A stretch of 24,645 bases of DNA from an uncultured Chloroflexia bacterium (GCA_963728205.1 CAVSIV010000003.1:1-24645); one strand, 5' to 3'; counted from the stretch's first letter, positions 1 through 7,886 are shown. Translations and numbers: made by a program. The notes: generated by a model from the letters alone, not told the origin.

Positions 1-117
1 GACGCCGTCGTGGCGCGCTTCGAGCGCGACTACTCGTGGGAGGTCGAACAGCGGCACGAGGCGCTCGACCGCGTGCTCCAGCCGCTGCGGCCCGTGCCCG
101 CCGAGCGCGCCGCCTGA
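1..117 (+). CDS. 3' end of a CDS truncated by the window edge, function unknown
   Basis: Frame 1 reads DAVVARFERDYSWEVEQRHEALDRVLQPLRPVPAERAA* with GC3-rich codons; TGA at 115-117. Confidence 0.6.
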   Translation, partial: DAVVARFERDYSWEVEQRHEALDRVLQPLRPVPAERAA

Positions 118-122
118 GCCGC

Positions 123-413
123 GTGCGCCGCCTTCTGCGCGACCGCGTGCGCCCGCGCGACCGCGAGCCGTTGCGCCCCCGCCGCGGGGGCGGCGGGGGC
201 CCGGCCGCGCTGCGCGCCGCCTCCCTCTTCGCGCTCGCAGCGCCGCTTGCCGTGGTGCTCGCGCTCTCCGCGCCCGCGCCCGCGCCCGCGCCCGCCGCGA
301 GCGGCGTGCGCTGGTTCTGCGGCGCCCCGCCCTCCTCCACCGCGGCCGGGCCGCGGCCGACGCCGCCGCCCCTCGCGACGCCTCTCGCCACCACGAAGCC
401 GCTCACGCGCTGA
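123..413 (+). CDS. Small hypothetical protein with a hydrophobic segment and Pro/Thr-rich tail
   Basis: GTG at 123 just after the upstream stop; hydrophobic stretch AASLFALAAPLAVVLALSA followed by PAPAPA. Could be spurious. Confidence 0.35.
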   Translation: MRRLLRDRVRPRDREPLRPRRGGGGGPAALRAASLFALAAPLAVVLALSAPAPAPAPAASGVRWFCGAPPSSTAAGPRPTPPPLATPLATTKPLTR

Positions 414-577
414 GAGCGTCATTCCCGCACGGCCTGGGCCTCCGGCCGCCCACGCGCGCCGCATCGCAGCGAATCTTCACGTTATTGCGATGCTCGGCCC
501 GCGATCGCTGCGGGATCGCGCATGCCGTCACGCCTAGGCTTGCGCGCGCATCCCGCGCGCCCGCCGGGGAGGGAACC

Positions 578-1993
578 ATGCGCCGACAGATCGCTCGCAG
601 CCTCGCCGTGCTCGCGGCCGCCGCGTCGCTCGTCGCGCTCGGCCTCACCGGCCCCGCGCCCGTCCGCGCGGCGTCGCCGGGCCAGATCGACGGCACGCTG
701 CCCTCGCACGGCGGCGTCGCGGCCGTCACCTGGGGCGGCGGCACTGTCGACGCGCTTGCCTCGGCCGCGTCGCTGCAGGGCTGCGACCTGGCGTCGGCGT
801 GGGTGTTCGTCGGGGGGAATGCCATCGGAGACGTGGTCGGCGCGCCGGCGTTCGTGAACGCCGGCTTCCTCGCGCAGTTCCCCGGCGGCGACATCACCGC
901 GAATACGATCCTCGTCGTGGTGTGCGCGGCGCCGGCGGCGAGCGCGCCCGGCGCGGTGGCGCTCGCGCCGGCCCTCGGGGGCCAGACGTTCGACCGGCCC
1001 GTCGAGCTGGTCGCGTACCCGGGCAACCGCTGGCTCGTCGTGCAGCAGGACGGCGCGATCCTGCTCGTAAACCACGACGGGGGCGGACAGAGCACGTTCC
1101 TCGACCTCACCGGCCGGGTGCGCCGCTCCGGGAACGAGGAGGGGCTGCTCAGCGCCGCCCTTGACCCGGCGTTCGCCTCGAACGGATACGTCTGGATCTA
1201 CTACTCGGTGGCGAGTGGCGACCGCCGCCAGCGGCTCGCGCGCTTCACGGTGCAGGGCGACGTCGCCGACACGGCGAGCGAGCTCGCGGTGCTCGAGCAG
1301 GCCGAGCCATACAGCAACCACAACGGCGGCGCGATCCGCTTCGGGCCCGACGGCATGCTCTACCTCGGCATCGGCGACGGCGGCTCGGGCGGCGACCCGC
1401 AGGGGAACGGCCAGAACACCGACACGCTCCTCGGCTCGATCATCCGCATCGACGTCCGCAACGCGAGTGCCTCCGCGCCGTACGTCGTGCCGTCGAACAA
1501 CCCGTTCGTGGGGAGGTCGGGCGCCGACGAAATCTGGGCCTACGGCCTGCGCAACCCGTGGCGGATGGCCTTCGACCCGCAGACCGGCAAGCTGTGGGCG
1601 GGCGACGTCGGCCAGGACGCATGGGAGGAGATCGACGTCATCACCAGCGGTGCGAACTACGGGTGGAACCGCCTCGAGGGCACGCACTGCTACCAGTCGG
1701 GCTGCTCGTCCTCGGGGACGACGCTGCCGGTGGCGGAGTACTCGCACGCGGACGGCTGCTCGGTCATCGGCGGCGTGGTCGCGCACAACGCATCGGTGCC
1801 CGCGGTGAACGGCGACTACCTTTACAGCGACGAGTGCAGCGGGCACCTCTGGGCGATTGACGCGTCCGCGCCGGGCACGCCGGTGGAGGTCGGCCAGCTC
1901 GACGGCAACCCCACGTCGTTCGCGACCGACGCCGCGGGGCACGTCTACGTCGTGCAGTTCGGCGGGCCGGTGATGCAGGTGGTGAGCAAGTAG
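578..1993 (+). CDS. Secreted glucose/sorbosone dehydrogenase (GSDH, PQQ-dependent sugar dehydrogenase family) beta-propeller with an extra N-terminal two-Cys domain
   Basis: SD GGGGAGGG before ATG 578; signal peptide MRRQIARSLAVLAAAASLVALG...VRA; family motifs EEGLL, NHNGGAIRFGPDGMLY, GDGG, GLRNPWR, DVGQ..WEEID, GANYGW. Confidence 0.9.
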   Translation: MRRQIARSLAVLAAAASLVALGLTGPAPVRAASPGQIDGTLPSHGGVAAVTWGGGTVDALASAASLQGCDLASAWVFVGGNAIGDVVGAPAFVNAGFLAQFPGGDITANTILVVVCAAPAASAPGAVALAPALGGQTFDRPVELVAYPGNRWLVVQQDGAILLVNHDGGGQSTFLDLTGRVRRSGNEEGLLSAALDPAFASNGYVWIYYSVASGDRRQRLARFTVQGDVADTASELAVLEQAEPYSNHNGGAIRFGPDGMLYLGIGDGGSGGDPQGNGQNTDTLLGSIIRIDVRNASASAPYVVPSNNPFVGRSGADEIWAYGLRNPWRMAFDPQTGKLWAGDVGQDAWEEIDVITSGANYGWNRLEGTHCYQSGCSSSGTTLPVAEYSHADGCSVIGGVVAHNASVPAVNGDYLYSDECSGHLWAIDASAPGTPVEVGQLDGNPTSFATDAAGHVYVVQFGGPVMQVVSK

Positions 1994-2138
1994 CGGGCGC
2001 GCGCGACGGCGTCGACGGCCGCGATGGATATGACGGAGCGCGATATCGTCCGTCGCCGCGTTTGAGCGCACGGCGGTCGATGGGGTATCAACAGGGGGCC
2101 ACCGGCGGGGGAAGCAGTCGGCGGCACGCCGCCGTGAG

Positions 2139-3074
2139 ATGGTGCCCGTGCACGTCCCCTCGCCGCGCGCGCAGCGGCTGATCGCCGCGCTCGCCGTGCT
2201 CACGCTCGTCTCCGCCGTCGCGCGCAGCGCGCGGGGCCACGCCGTGCTCGCCGCCGTGGACGCGAGCGCGACGCCGGTCGCGGCCGTCGCGACCCTCACG
2301 ACCCTCACGACCCCCACGACCCCCACGGCCCCCACGGCCCCCACGGCCACCGTCGCACCGACCCTCGCGCCGATGCCGGTCGCGACGCCGTGGGGCACCG
2401 GCGGGCTCGACCTCCGCCTCGTCGACAAGGACCACGCGCTTCCGCCCGACGACGTGCCGCAGGATCTCGTCGCGCTCGCCGACGCCCGCGTTGCGCCCGG
2501 CTACGCGCCGGTGGAGCTGCGCGCCGGCGCGGCCGACGCGCTGGAGCGGCTGCTGCGGGCCGCGTCGGATGCGGGCATCGAGCTGCGCGCGCGCTCCGGC
2601 TACCGCTCGTACGCGACGCAGCAGGTGACGTTCGAATACTGGGTCGGCGTGTACGGCGAGACGCAGGCGCGACGGGAGAGCGCCGAGGCGGGGCACAGCG
2701 AGCACCAGCTCGGCACGGCCGTCGACCTCACGAGCGCGTCGGTCGCGTGGGACCTCACGCAGGACTTCGGCGAGACGCCGGAGGGGCAATGGCTTGCCGC
2801 GCGCGTCGCCGACTTCGGGTTCGCCCTCTCCTACCCGGCCGGCGCCGAGGCCGTCACCGGCTACGAATACGAGCCGTGGCACATCCGGTACCTCGGCCGG
2901 CGCGACGCTGCGGGCTGGCGGCTGACGGGGCTGCCGCTGGAGACCTACCTGGAGCGGGCGCACGCGCCGCTCGTGCCCCCGGCGACCTCGACGCCCACCC
3001 CGACGCCGACGCCCACCCCGACCCCGACGCCGACCTCAGCGACGCCGGCCCCGGCCGCGGGCGAGACCCTGTGA
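2139..3074 (+). CDS. D-alanyl-D-alanine carboxypeptidase, peptidase M15B (VanY/LdcB-like), exported, with Thr/Pro-rich linkers
   Basis: SGYRS, Zn motif SEHQLGTAVD (SxHxxGxAxD) and EPWH; N-terminal hydrophobic segment; PT-repeat tail. Start approximate. Confidence 0.9.
   Translation: MVPVHVPSPRAQRLIAALAVLTLVSAVARSARGHAVLAAVDASATPVAAVATLTTLTTPTTPTAPTAPTATVAPTLAPMPVATPWGTGGLDLRLVDKDHALPPDDVPQDLVALADARVAPGYAPVELRAGAADALERLLRAASDAGIELRARSGYRSYATQQVTFEYWVGVYGETQARRESAEAGHSEHQLGTAVDLTSASVAWDLTQDFGETPEGQWLAARVADFGFALSYPAGAEAVTGYEYEPWHIRYLGRRDAAGWRLTGLPLETYLERAHAPLVPPATSTPTPTPTPTPTPTPTSATPAPAAGETL
2289..2351 (+). repeat. In-frame 9-bp tandem repeat (7 degenerate copies of ACG(A/G)CCC(T/C)C) encoding a Thr/Pro linker
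   Basis: gcgaccctc acgaccctc acgaccccc acgaccccc acggccccc acggccccc acggccacc. Confidence 0.8.
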
Positions 3075-4299
3075 TGCGCGCGCGCGGCCTCCGCGCCGCC
3101 GCCGTCGCTGCCGCGATGGTGGCGCTCGTCGCGCTGCTCGCGCACGTCGCCGCCACCCCGGCCCGCGCGGCCGATGGGCCGCTCGCGACCGGCAGCGTCG
3201 CCGTCGTCAGCGCGGACGGCGACTGCCTGCGACTGCGCGCCGCGCCCGGGCTCGCCGCTACCGAGTTGAGCTGCCTGCCGCAGGGGGCGCGCGTCGACGT
3301 GCTCGACGGCACCGTCACCCAGGACGGCTACCGCTGGCAGCACGTCGCGTTCGGCGCACTCAGCGGCTGGGCCGCTGATACCTACCTCATCCCCGAGAGC
3401 GCGCTCCCGCCGCCGCCGACGCCAATCCCGGGAGACGGCACCGTGCAGCTCTTCGTGCCGGCGCCCGCCGGCACCGAGTGGCAGATCGCGGCGGGCTACA
3501 ACACCGCGACGCACTCGGCGGCCGACGGCGGCGACCCGTACGCGATCGACATCGTCCGTACCGACGCCGCGACCGCAGGGACGCCCGTGCTGGCCCCGCT
3601 CGACGGCACGGTCGCGTGGCTGGACCCCGATTGCCTGGAGCTCACCGATCGCGCCGGCATGCGCGTCCTCCTCTGCCACTTCTTCCACGACCCCGGGGTG
3701 CACGACGGCCTCCCGGTCGCGCGCGGGCAGCGCCTCGGGACCGTCGCGCCGGCGGGACAGGCGGGGAACAACGGGCTCGCGCACATCCACGTGGCGGTGC
3801 ACTACGACCACGTGAACGGCGGCGTCACGGTGCCCCTCGCGGGCGCGTATGCGATGGAAGGGACGGCGCTGCCGGCGGTGACCACCTTCAACGCGTACGC
3901 CGGCACGACGTTCCGTTCGACGAACGTCCCGCCGGGCGCGACGCAGCCCGTCGTCGAGGGCACGACCGCGCCCACGCCGGCCCCCACTTCCGCCGCGACC
4001 CCCGTGACGACGCCCACGCCGGCGCCCCGACCCCCACGCCGCCTCCGCCGCCGTCGCTGAGCCAGCCGCTGCCGCCGAGCGGCTTCGCCGGCGTCGTCTT
4101 TAGCGGCGGGACGAACGAGCAGCTGGTCGCCGCCGCCGGGTGCCCGGCCGCAGAGCTGGCGTTCTGGACGTTCGACCAGGGCGAGATGGTCACGTACCTG
4201 CCGGGCACGACCGTCGCCATCGTGAACGCACGGTGGGACGCGCTCTTCGCCGCCGGCATCCCGGACCACACGATCCTGATCGGGCGCTGCGGCAGCTGA
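3074..4299 (+). CDS. Secreted SH3 + M23 metallopeptidase with a C-terminal two-Cys domain; apparent -1 frameshift near 4025-4030 (as sequenced it stops at 4060)
   Basis: ATG overlaps the previous stop (TGATG); signal peptide ending ARA; SH3b-like CLRLRAAPG...W..V....SGW; M23-like H...YAID and HIH. After the TP linker the coding-like reading continues in the 3478..4299 frame (TPTPPPPPSLSQPLPPSGFAGVVF...GRCGS*). Confidence 0.8.
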
Positions 4300-4372
4300 A
4301 TCCCGCCCCCAAGGTCACATCTTTTCGGACGCGCCCGGGAGGGCAATCCGCGCCTCCGCCTCCCTGTTGGAG

Positions 4373-4386
4373 GTGACCAAAGTCCC
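4373..4386 (+). promoter_or_regulatory. Putative DosR/NarL-type response-regulator box GTGACCAAAGTCCC
   Basis: Close to the mycobacterial DosR core GGGACTAAAGTCCC; related copies at 4449-4462, 5302-5315, 5325-5338 and (reverse strand) 4305-4318. Confidence 0.5.
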
Positions 4387-4548
4387 GGGCGAGCTGCCGT
4401 TTCCACCACGGTCGTCGTGATTATTCGCGACGTTTGGACCCGCCGGTCGTGACCTACGTCCGTGGGTGCGTCCCGGGACGCTCCCTAGTCTTTCAAACGT
4501 GGTTGGTACGTGTGCTCACAATCACAAGTGAAACGGGAGGAACCGAAA

Positions 4549-5103
4549 GTGTCCAGCATCAAGAGGTACATCTGGATCGCCGCCGTGCTCGCCGGAGTCA
4601 TCTTCGTCGCCACGGGTGCGGTCATGCTCGTCCAGGGCGCGAACGCGAAGGCGGCCGTGAAGGACGGACTGGTTCAGGAGAACGTGACGATCGGCGCCGA
4701 CGCGGCGCTGTTCGGCCAGCAGAGCGGCGTTCTCGTCGACAGCGCGGCCACGGCCAAGCTGCAGGCGGACATCATCCACTTCCACAGCCTCGCCGGCGAA
4801 GACAAGCAGGTTGTGGACGGCAAGATCGTGGGCGGCACGCCGTACTCCGGCATGAAGCGTGACGACCCGGCGCGAGCGACGTACCTCGACGGTGTCACGC
4901 TCCGCTCGTCCCTGATGCTTGCCTACATGGGCTTCAAGGTTGGCGACCTGGTCATGGGCCTCGGCGCCGCCTTCATCCTCATCGGCGTCAGCACGGCTGG
5001 CCTGCTGGCCCCGGCGCTCTACTGGGCACCGCGCCCGGCGACGGAGGCCGAGGCTGAGACCGCAAAGGCGGCGCGCCAGGCTCTGGCCACCACCGAAGGT
5101 TAA
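4549..5103 (+). CDS. Conserved two-TM membrane protein of unknown function
   Basis: SD GGGAGG at 4535-4540, GTG at 4549; N-terminal TM (IWIAAVLAGVIFVATGAVML) and C-terminal TM; segment YSGMKRDDPARATYLDGVTLRSSL resembles, from recall, an actinobacterial family often labelled 'aromatic ring-opening dioxygenase LigA'. Confidence 0.8.
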   Translation: MSSIKRYIWIAAVLAGVIFVATGAVMLVQGANAKAAVKDGLVQENVTIGADAALFGQQSGVLVDSAATAKLQADIIHFHSLAGEDKQVVDGKIVGGTPYSGMKRDDPARATYLDGVTLRSSLMLAYMGFKVGDLVMGLGAAFILIGVSTAGLLAPALYWAPRPATEAEAETAKAARQALATTEG

Positions 5104-5185
5104 GGAGCACACCACGGAGCCGGCGCGCCGACAGCGCGTCGGCCCCGTGCTTCCGGCGGTCCCAGACCGCAGGCACAGCACCGTG

Positions 5186-5216
5186 GAGGAGCCCGCCGCA
5201 AGGCGGGCTTCTCTCT
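5186..5216 (+). terminator. Likely intrinsic terminator
   Basis: AGCCCGCC-GCAA-GGCGGGCT hairpin (GNRA loop, 5190-5209) followed by TCTCTCT, downstream of the stop at 5103. Confidence 0.65.
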
Positions 5217-5301
5217 GGCCGCGGAAGGGCGGCGGAGGGACGGCGGGCCGGGCTGACCACCGGCCGGCGGCGGCGCGGGGCGCGCGCCCTCGCCACGTTG
5301 C

Positions 5302-5338
5302 CCGACCGTCGTCCCCGGGCACGCGTGACCTTCGACCG
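5302..5338 (+). promoter_or_regulatory. Tandem DosR/NarL-like boxes upstream of the usp gene
   Basis: CCGACCGTCGTCCC (5302-5315) and GTGACCTTCGACCG (5325-5338), ~95 bp upstream of the ATG. Confidence 0.4.
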
Positions 5339-5432
5339 GACCGTCCGGGGGTGCCGCGCGCTACACATGAGAGAGCGCGCAGGCACGCGTCGGCGCGACC
5401 GAATCGTCCGGCGTGCGTCGGGAGGTCCCCAC

Positions 5433-5975
5433 ATGTACGAGCGCATCCTTGTCGCCTTCGACGGCTCGCGGCCGTCGCGGCGCGCGCTCGACGAGGCCAT
5501 CGGGCTTGCCCGCGATCAGAACGCGCAGCTGCGCATCGTGCACGTCGTCGCAGCCACCGGTGGGTTCGTCGCCGGGGGCATGGGCACCGCCCGCTACGCC
5601 GACGCCCCGACCGCGTCGTGGGGGGATGCGCGCGCCCTGGTCCGCGAGGCCGAGGAGCGCGCCCGCGCGCAATCCGTTGCGACCGAGAGCGCGCTGATCG
5701 AGGCGCGCGACCGCATCGGCGCGACGGTGATCGCGGACGCGGTCGAATGGTCCGCCGATCTGATCGTGGTCGGCACGCACGGCCGGACGGGGCTGCGCTC
5801 GCTGCTCGCCGGGAGTATCGCCGAGAGCGTCGTGCGTGCCTCGCCGGTAGCCGTGCTGCTCGTGCGGCTCGCGGCCGAGGATCGGCCGCGCCGGCCGCGC
5901 GGCGGCAAGCGCGTGCGCATCGGCCCCGTCATCCGCGACGTGGCGACTGTGCCGGCGCAGACGCCCTCGATCTAG
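5433..5975 (+). CDS. Universal stress protein (Usp family)
   Basis: SD GGGAGG; MYERILVAFDGS..S.RAL; ADLIVVGTHGRTG....LAGSIAESVVR (GxxGx9GS ATP-binding motif). Confidence 0.93.
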   Translation: MYERILVAFDGSRPSRRALDEAIGLARDQNAQLRIVHVVAATGGFVAGGMGTARYADAPTASWGDARALVREAEERARAQSVATESALIEARDRIGATVIADAVEWSADLIVVGTHGRTGLRSLLAGSIAESVVRASPVAVLLVRLAAEDRPRRPRGGKRVRIGPVIRDVATVPAQTPSI

Positions 5976-6092
5976 CAGCGCTGCCTGCCGCCACGCGGCA
6001 ACCGCCGCCCGCCACCCCCACCCGTCGTCCGCCGTTCCGGCCCACCGCCGCGCGCCGAGCGCTATGCTCCCGCGCGCCGAAGGAGGTGACGC

Positions 6093-6863
6093 ATGGCAGG
6101 ACTGGAAGGCCGGGTCGCGCTGGTGACCGGCGGCGGCCGGGGCATCGGTCGGGCGATCTGCCTGCGCCTCGCGCGCGATGGCGCCGACGTCGCGGTGAAC
6201 TACCGCGGCAGCGAGGCGGCCGCCCGCGCCGTCGTCGGCGAGATCGAGGCGATGGGCCGCCGCGCGCGCGCCTATCGTGCCGACGTCGCCGACGCCGCGG
6301 CGTGCGATGCGATGGTCGAGCAGGCGCTCGCGGACTTCGGCGGGATCGACATCCTCGTGCACAACGCGGGCATCGGCAGCAGCGGCATCGGCCGCCCGAC
6401 GATCACCGAGGCGACGCCGGAGCAGGTCGACCTGTTGATGGGCGCGAACCTGCTCGGCCCCCTGCACCTGTGCCGCGTGCTCGTGCCGCACATGCGCGAG
6501 GCGCAGCGCAGCGACGTCGTGATGATCTCGTCCGTGGCCGCCCAGACGATGGGCGCGCGCATGGGCGTCTACAGCATCACCAAGGCGGGCGTCGAGGCGC
6601 TCGCGTACACGCTGGCGAAGGAAGAGCGCGCGCACGGCATGCATGTCAACGTCGTCGCGCCCGGCCTGGTCGAGACCGACATGGGCCGCAACCTGATCCG
6701 CCAGCTGCCGGGGCCGGACGACATGCGCGAGCGCGACGCCACGTCGCCGTTCGGCTTCGTCTGCCAGCCCGAGGACATCGCGGCCGCGGTGGCGTTCCTG
6801 GTCTCGGACGAAGCCCGTTACGTGACGAACCAGCGCATCACCGTGAACGGCGGCGGCTTCTAG
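6093..6863 (+). CDS. Classical short-chain dehydrogenase/reductase (FabG-like)
   Basis: SD AGGAGG; TGGGRGIG, HNAG, catalytic YSITK, PG.V.T; candidate -10 TATGCT at 6063-6068. Confidence 0.93.
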   Translation: MAGLEGRVALVTGGGRGIGRAICLRLARDGADVAVNYRGSEAAARAVVGEIEAMGRRARAYRADVADAAACDAMVEQALADFGGIDILVHNAGIGSSGIGRPTITEATPEQVDLLMGANLLGPLHLCRVLVPHMREAQRSDVVMISSVAAQTMGARMGVYSITKAGVEALAYTLAKEERAHGMHVNVVAPGLVETDMGRNLIRQLPGPDDMRERDATSPFGFVCQPEDIAAAVAFLVSDEARYVTNQRITVNGGGF

Positions 6864-6917
6864 GCGGCCGCGGCGCTGCCCGCGAGCGGCGCGCGGCGCG
6901 CAGCGCGCGCTCCGCGG

Positions 6918-7085
6918 CTAGCCGCCGCCGGCCGGGCGGGGTGCCCGCTTGCCCGCGCGCAGGCGGCGCTGGTCGCCGACGGTTTCGACGGCCGCTGCGC
7001 GGCCGCCCACGTCCAGCTGGTCGCCGTGGACCACGCAGGTCTTCGCGCTCCCCATGAGGATGCGGCCGCAGCGAGGACAGTTCAC
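6918..7085 (-). CDS. 55-aa Zn-ribbon-like microprotein (CxxC-x10-CxxH)
   Basis: SD-like GGAAGG before GTG at 7085; MNCPRCGRILMGSAKTCVVHGDQLDVGG...; co-directional with and downstream of the RRM gene. Confidence 0.6.
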   Translation of the reverse strand: MNCPRCGRILMGSAKTCVVHGDQLDVGGRAAAVETVGDQRRLRAGKRAPRPAGGG

Positions 7086-7212
7086 GAACGCCACCTTCCG
7101 TCCCGGGAGCCCGCGTCGCACGGCCCCGGAACATCGAGAGCCCGGCCGCACGGCCGGGCTCTCGGGTGTTGTGCTGCGAGGCGAAGGCGCGCCGCGTCTT
7201 CGCCGGGCCGGG

Positions 7213-7536
7213 CTAGCGCCGGTTGTACCCGCCGCCGCCGCCGCCGTAGCCGCCGCCGCCACCACCGCCGAAGCCGCGGCCGCCACCGGCCTCACGGGGC
7301 TTCGCCTCGTTGACGTTCAGCGCCCGCCCGCCGAAGTCCTTGCCGTTGAGCGCCGAGATCGCCTTCGCGGCGTCGGCGGACGACATCTCGACGAACCCGA
7401 AGCCGCGCGGGCGGCCGGTCTCACGGTCCGTCGGCAGCGCGACGGACATCACTTCGCCATATGCGGCGAAGAGCTCCTGGACAGCCCCCTCCGAAGCATC
7501 GAACGGGAGGTTGCCTACATAGATCTTCTGGGCCAA
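7213..7536 (-). CDS. RNA-binding protein (single RRM domain plus Gly-rich tail), cold-inducible Rbp type
   Basis: TTG start after AGGAGTGAAGG; RNP2 IYVGNL, RNP1 RGFGFVEM, LNVNEAKPR, GGGGY tail. Confidence 0.95.
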   Translation of the reverse strand: MAQKIYVGNLPFDASEGAVQELFAAYGEVMSVALPTDRETGRPRGFGFVEMSSADAAKAISALNGKDFGGRALNVNEAKPREAGGGRGFGGGGGGGYGGGGGGYNRR

Positions 7537-7687
7537 GGTGAACCTTCACTCCTCGTCGGCAAGCGCCAACAGACTGACCGGGCCCCGTGCGGGACTCGGT
7601 TCGCGTGGGTCTCAGGCGCGACGTGGAAGCTTGGTGGTGCCACCAGGAGGCGGGCTGAGGGACACGCCGAGTTCGACGTGCCTCATT

Positions 7688-7697
7688 GAGCGTAGCA
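7688..7697 (-). promoter_or_regulatory. Extended -10 promoter (TGcTACGCT) for the RRM gene
   Basis: TGCTACGCTC on the - strand ~150 nt upstream of the start; the same 10-mer lies upstream of the helicase (8780-8789). Confidence 0.55.
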
Positions 7698-7715
7698 CGA
7701 GGCGACCGCTGCGGG

Positions 7716-7886
7716 TCAGCGCGGCTTGCCCGCGGCCGCGGCGCGCCACGCGGCGCGGCGGTCGGTGTCCAGGAAATCGCGCTCGGCGCCGCAGCGCTTG
7801 CACACCGCAGCCGTCGCTTCACGCGCCGGCGCGCCGAGCATCCAGTGGTGCGCGCACGCGTCGACAATCGGGTCGGGGTCCGCCAT
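7716..7886 (-). CDS. 56-aa metal-binding microprotein (CxHHW...CxxC), absent from the ORF track
   Basis: GAGG SD and ATG at 7886; MADPDPIVDACAHHWMLGAPAREATAAVCKRCGAERDFLDTDRRAAWRAAAAGKPR*; high GC3. Confidence 0.75.
   Translation of the reverse strand: MADPDPIVDACAHHWMLGAPAREATAAVCKRCGAERDFLDTDRRAAWRAAAAGKPR

Noticed and set aside
482-2428. Long antisense and alternative-frame ORFs (e.g. 482..2428 -, 4919..7057 +, 13399..15747 -, 14280..15710 +, 17672..19636 +)
   Set aside because: They overlap well-supported genes and are Arg/Ala/Pro-rich without motifs, as expected for shadow ORFs in very GC-rich DNA.
2390-3073. N-terminal extension of the SH3-M23 ORF from 2390
   Set aside because: It overlaps the M15B gene; the signal peptide begins at ATG 3074, coupled to the upstream stop.
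2139-3074. Vancomycin resistance gene (vanY)
   Set aside because: M15B motifs are shared with housekeeping carboxypeptidases, and no vanHAX or vanRS genes are nearby.
4549-5103. Aromatic ring-opening dioxygenase LigA function
   Set aside because: A two-TM protein with no recognisable dioxygenase features and no ligB partner; that family label is probably a propagated misannotation.
5112-5186. tRNA or hammerhead ribozyme
   Set aside because: No T-loop GTTC, anticodon arm or CCA end, and no CUGANGA/GAAA catalytic core.
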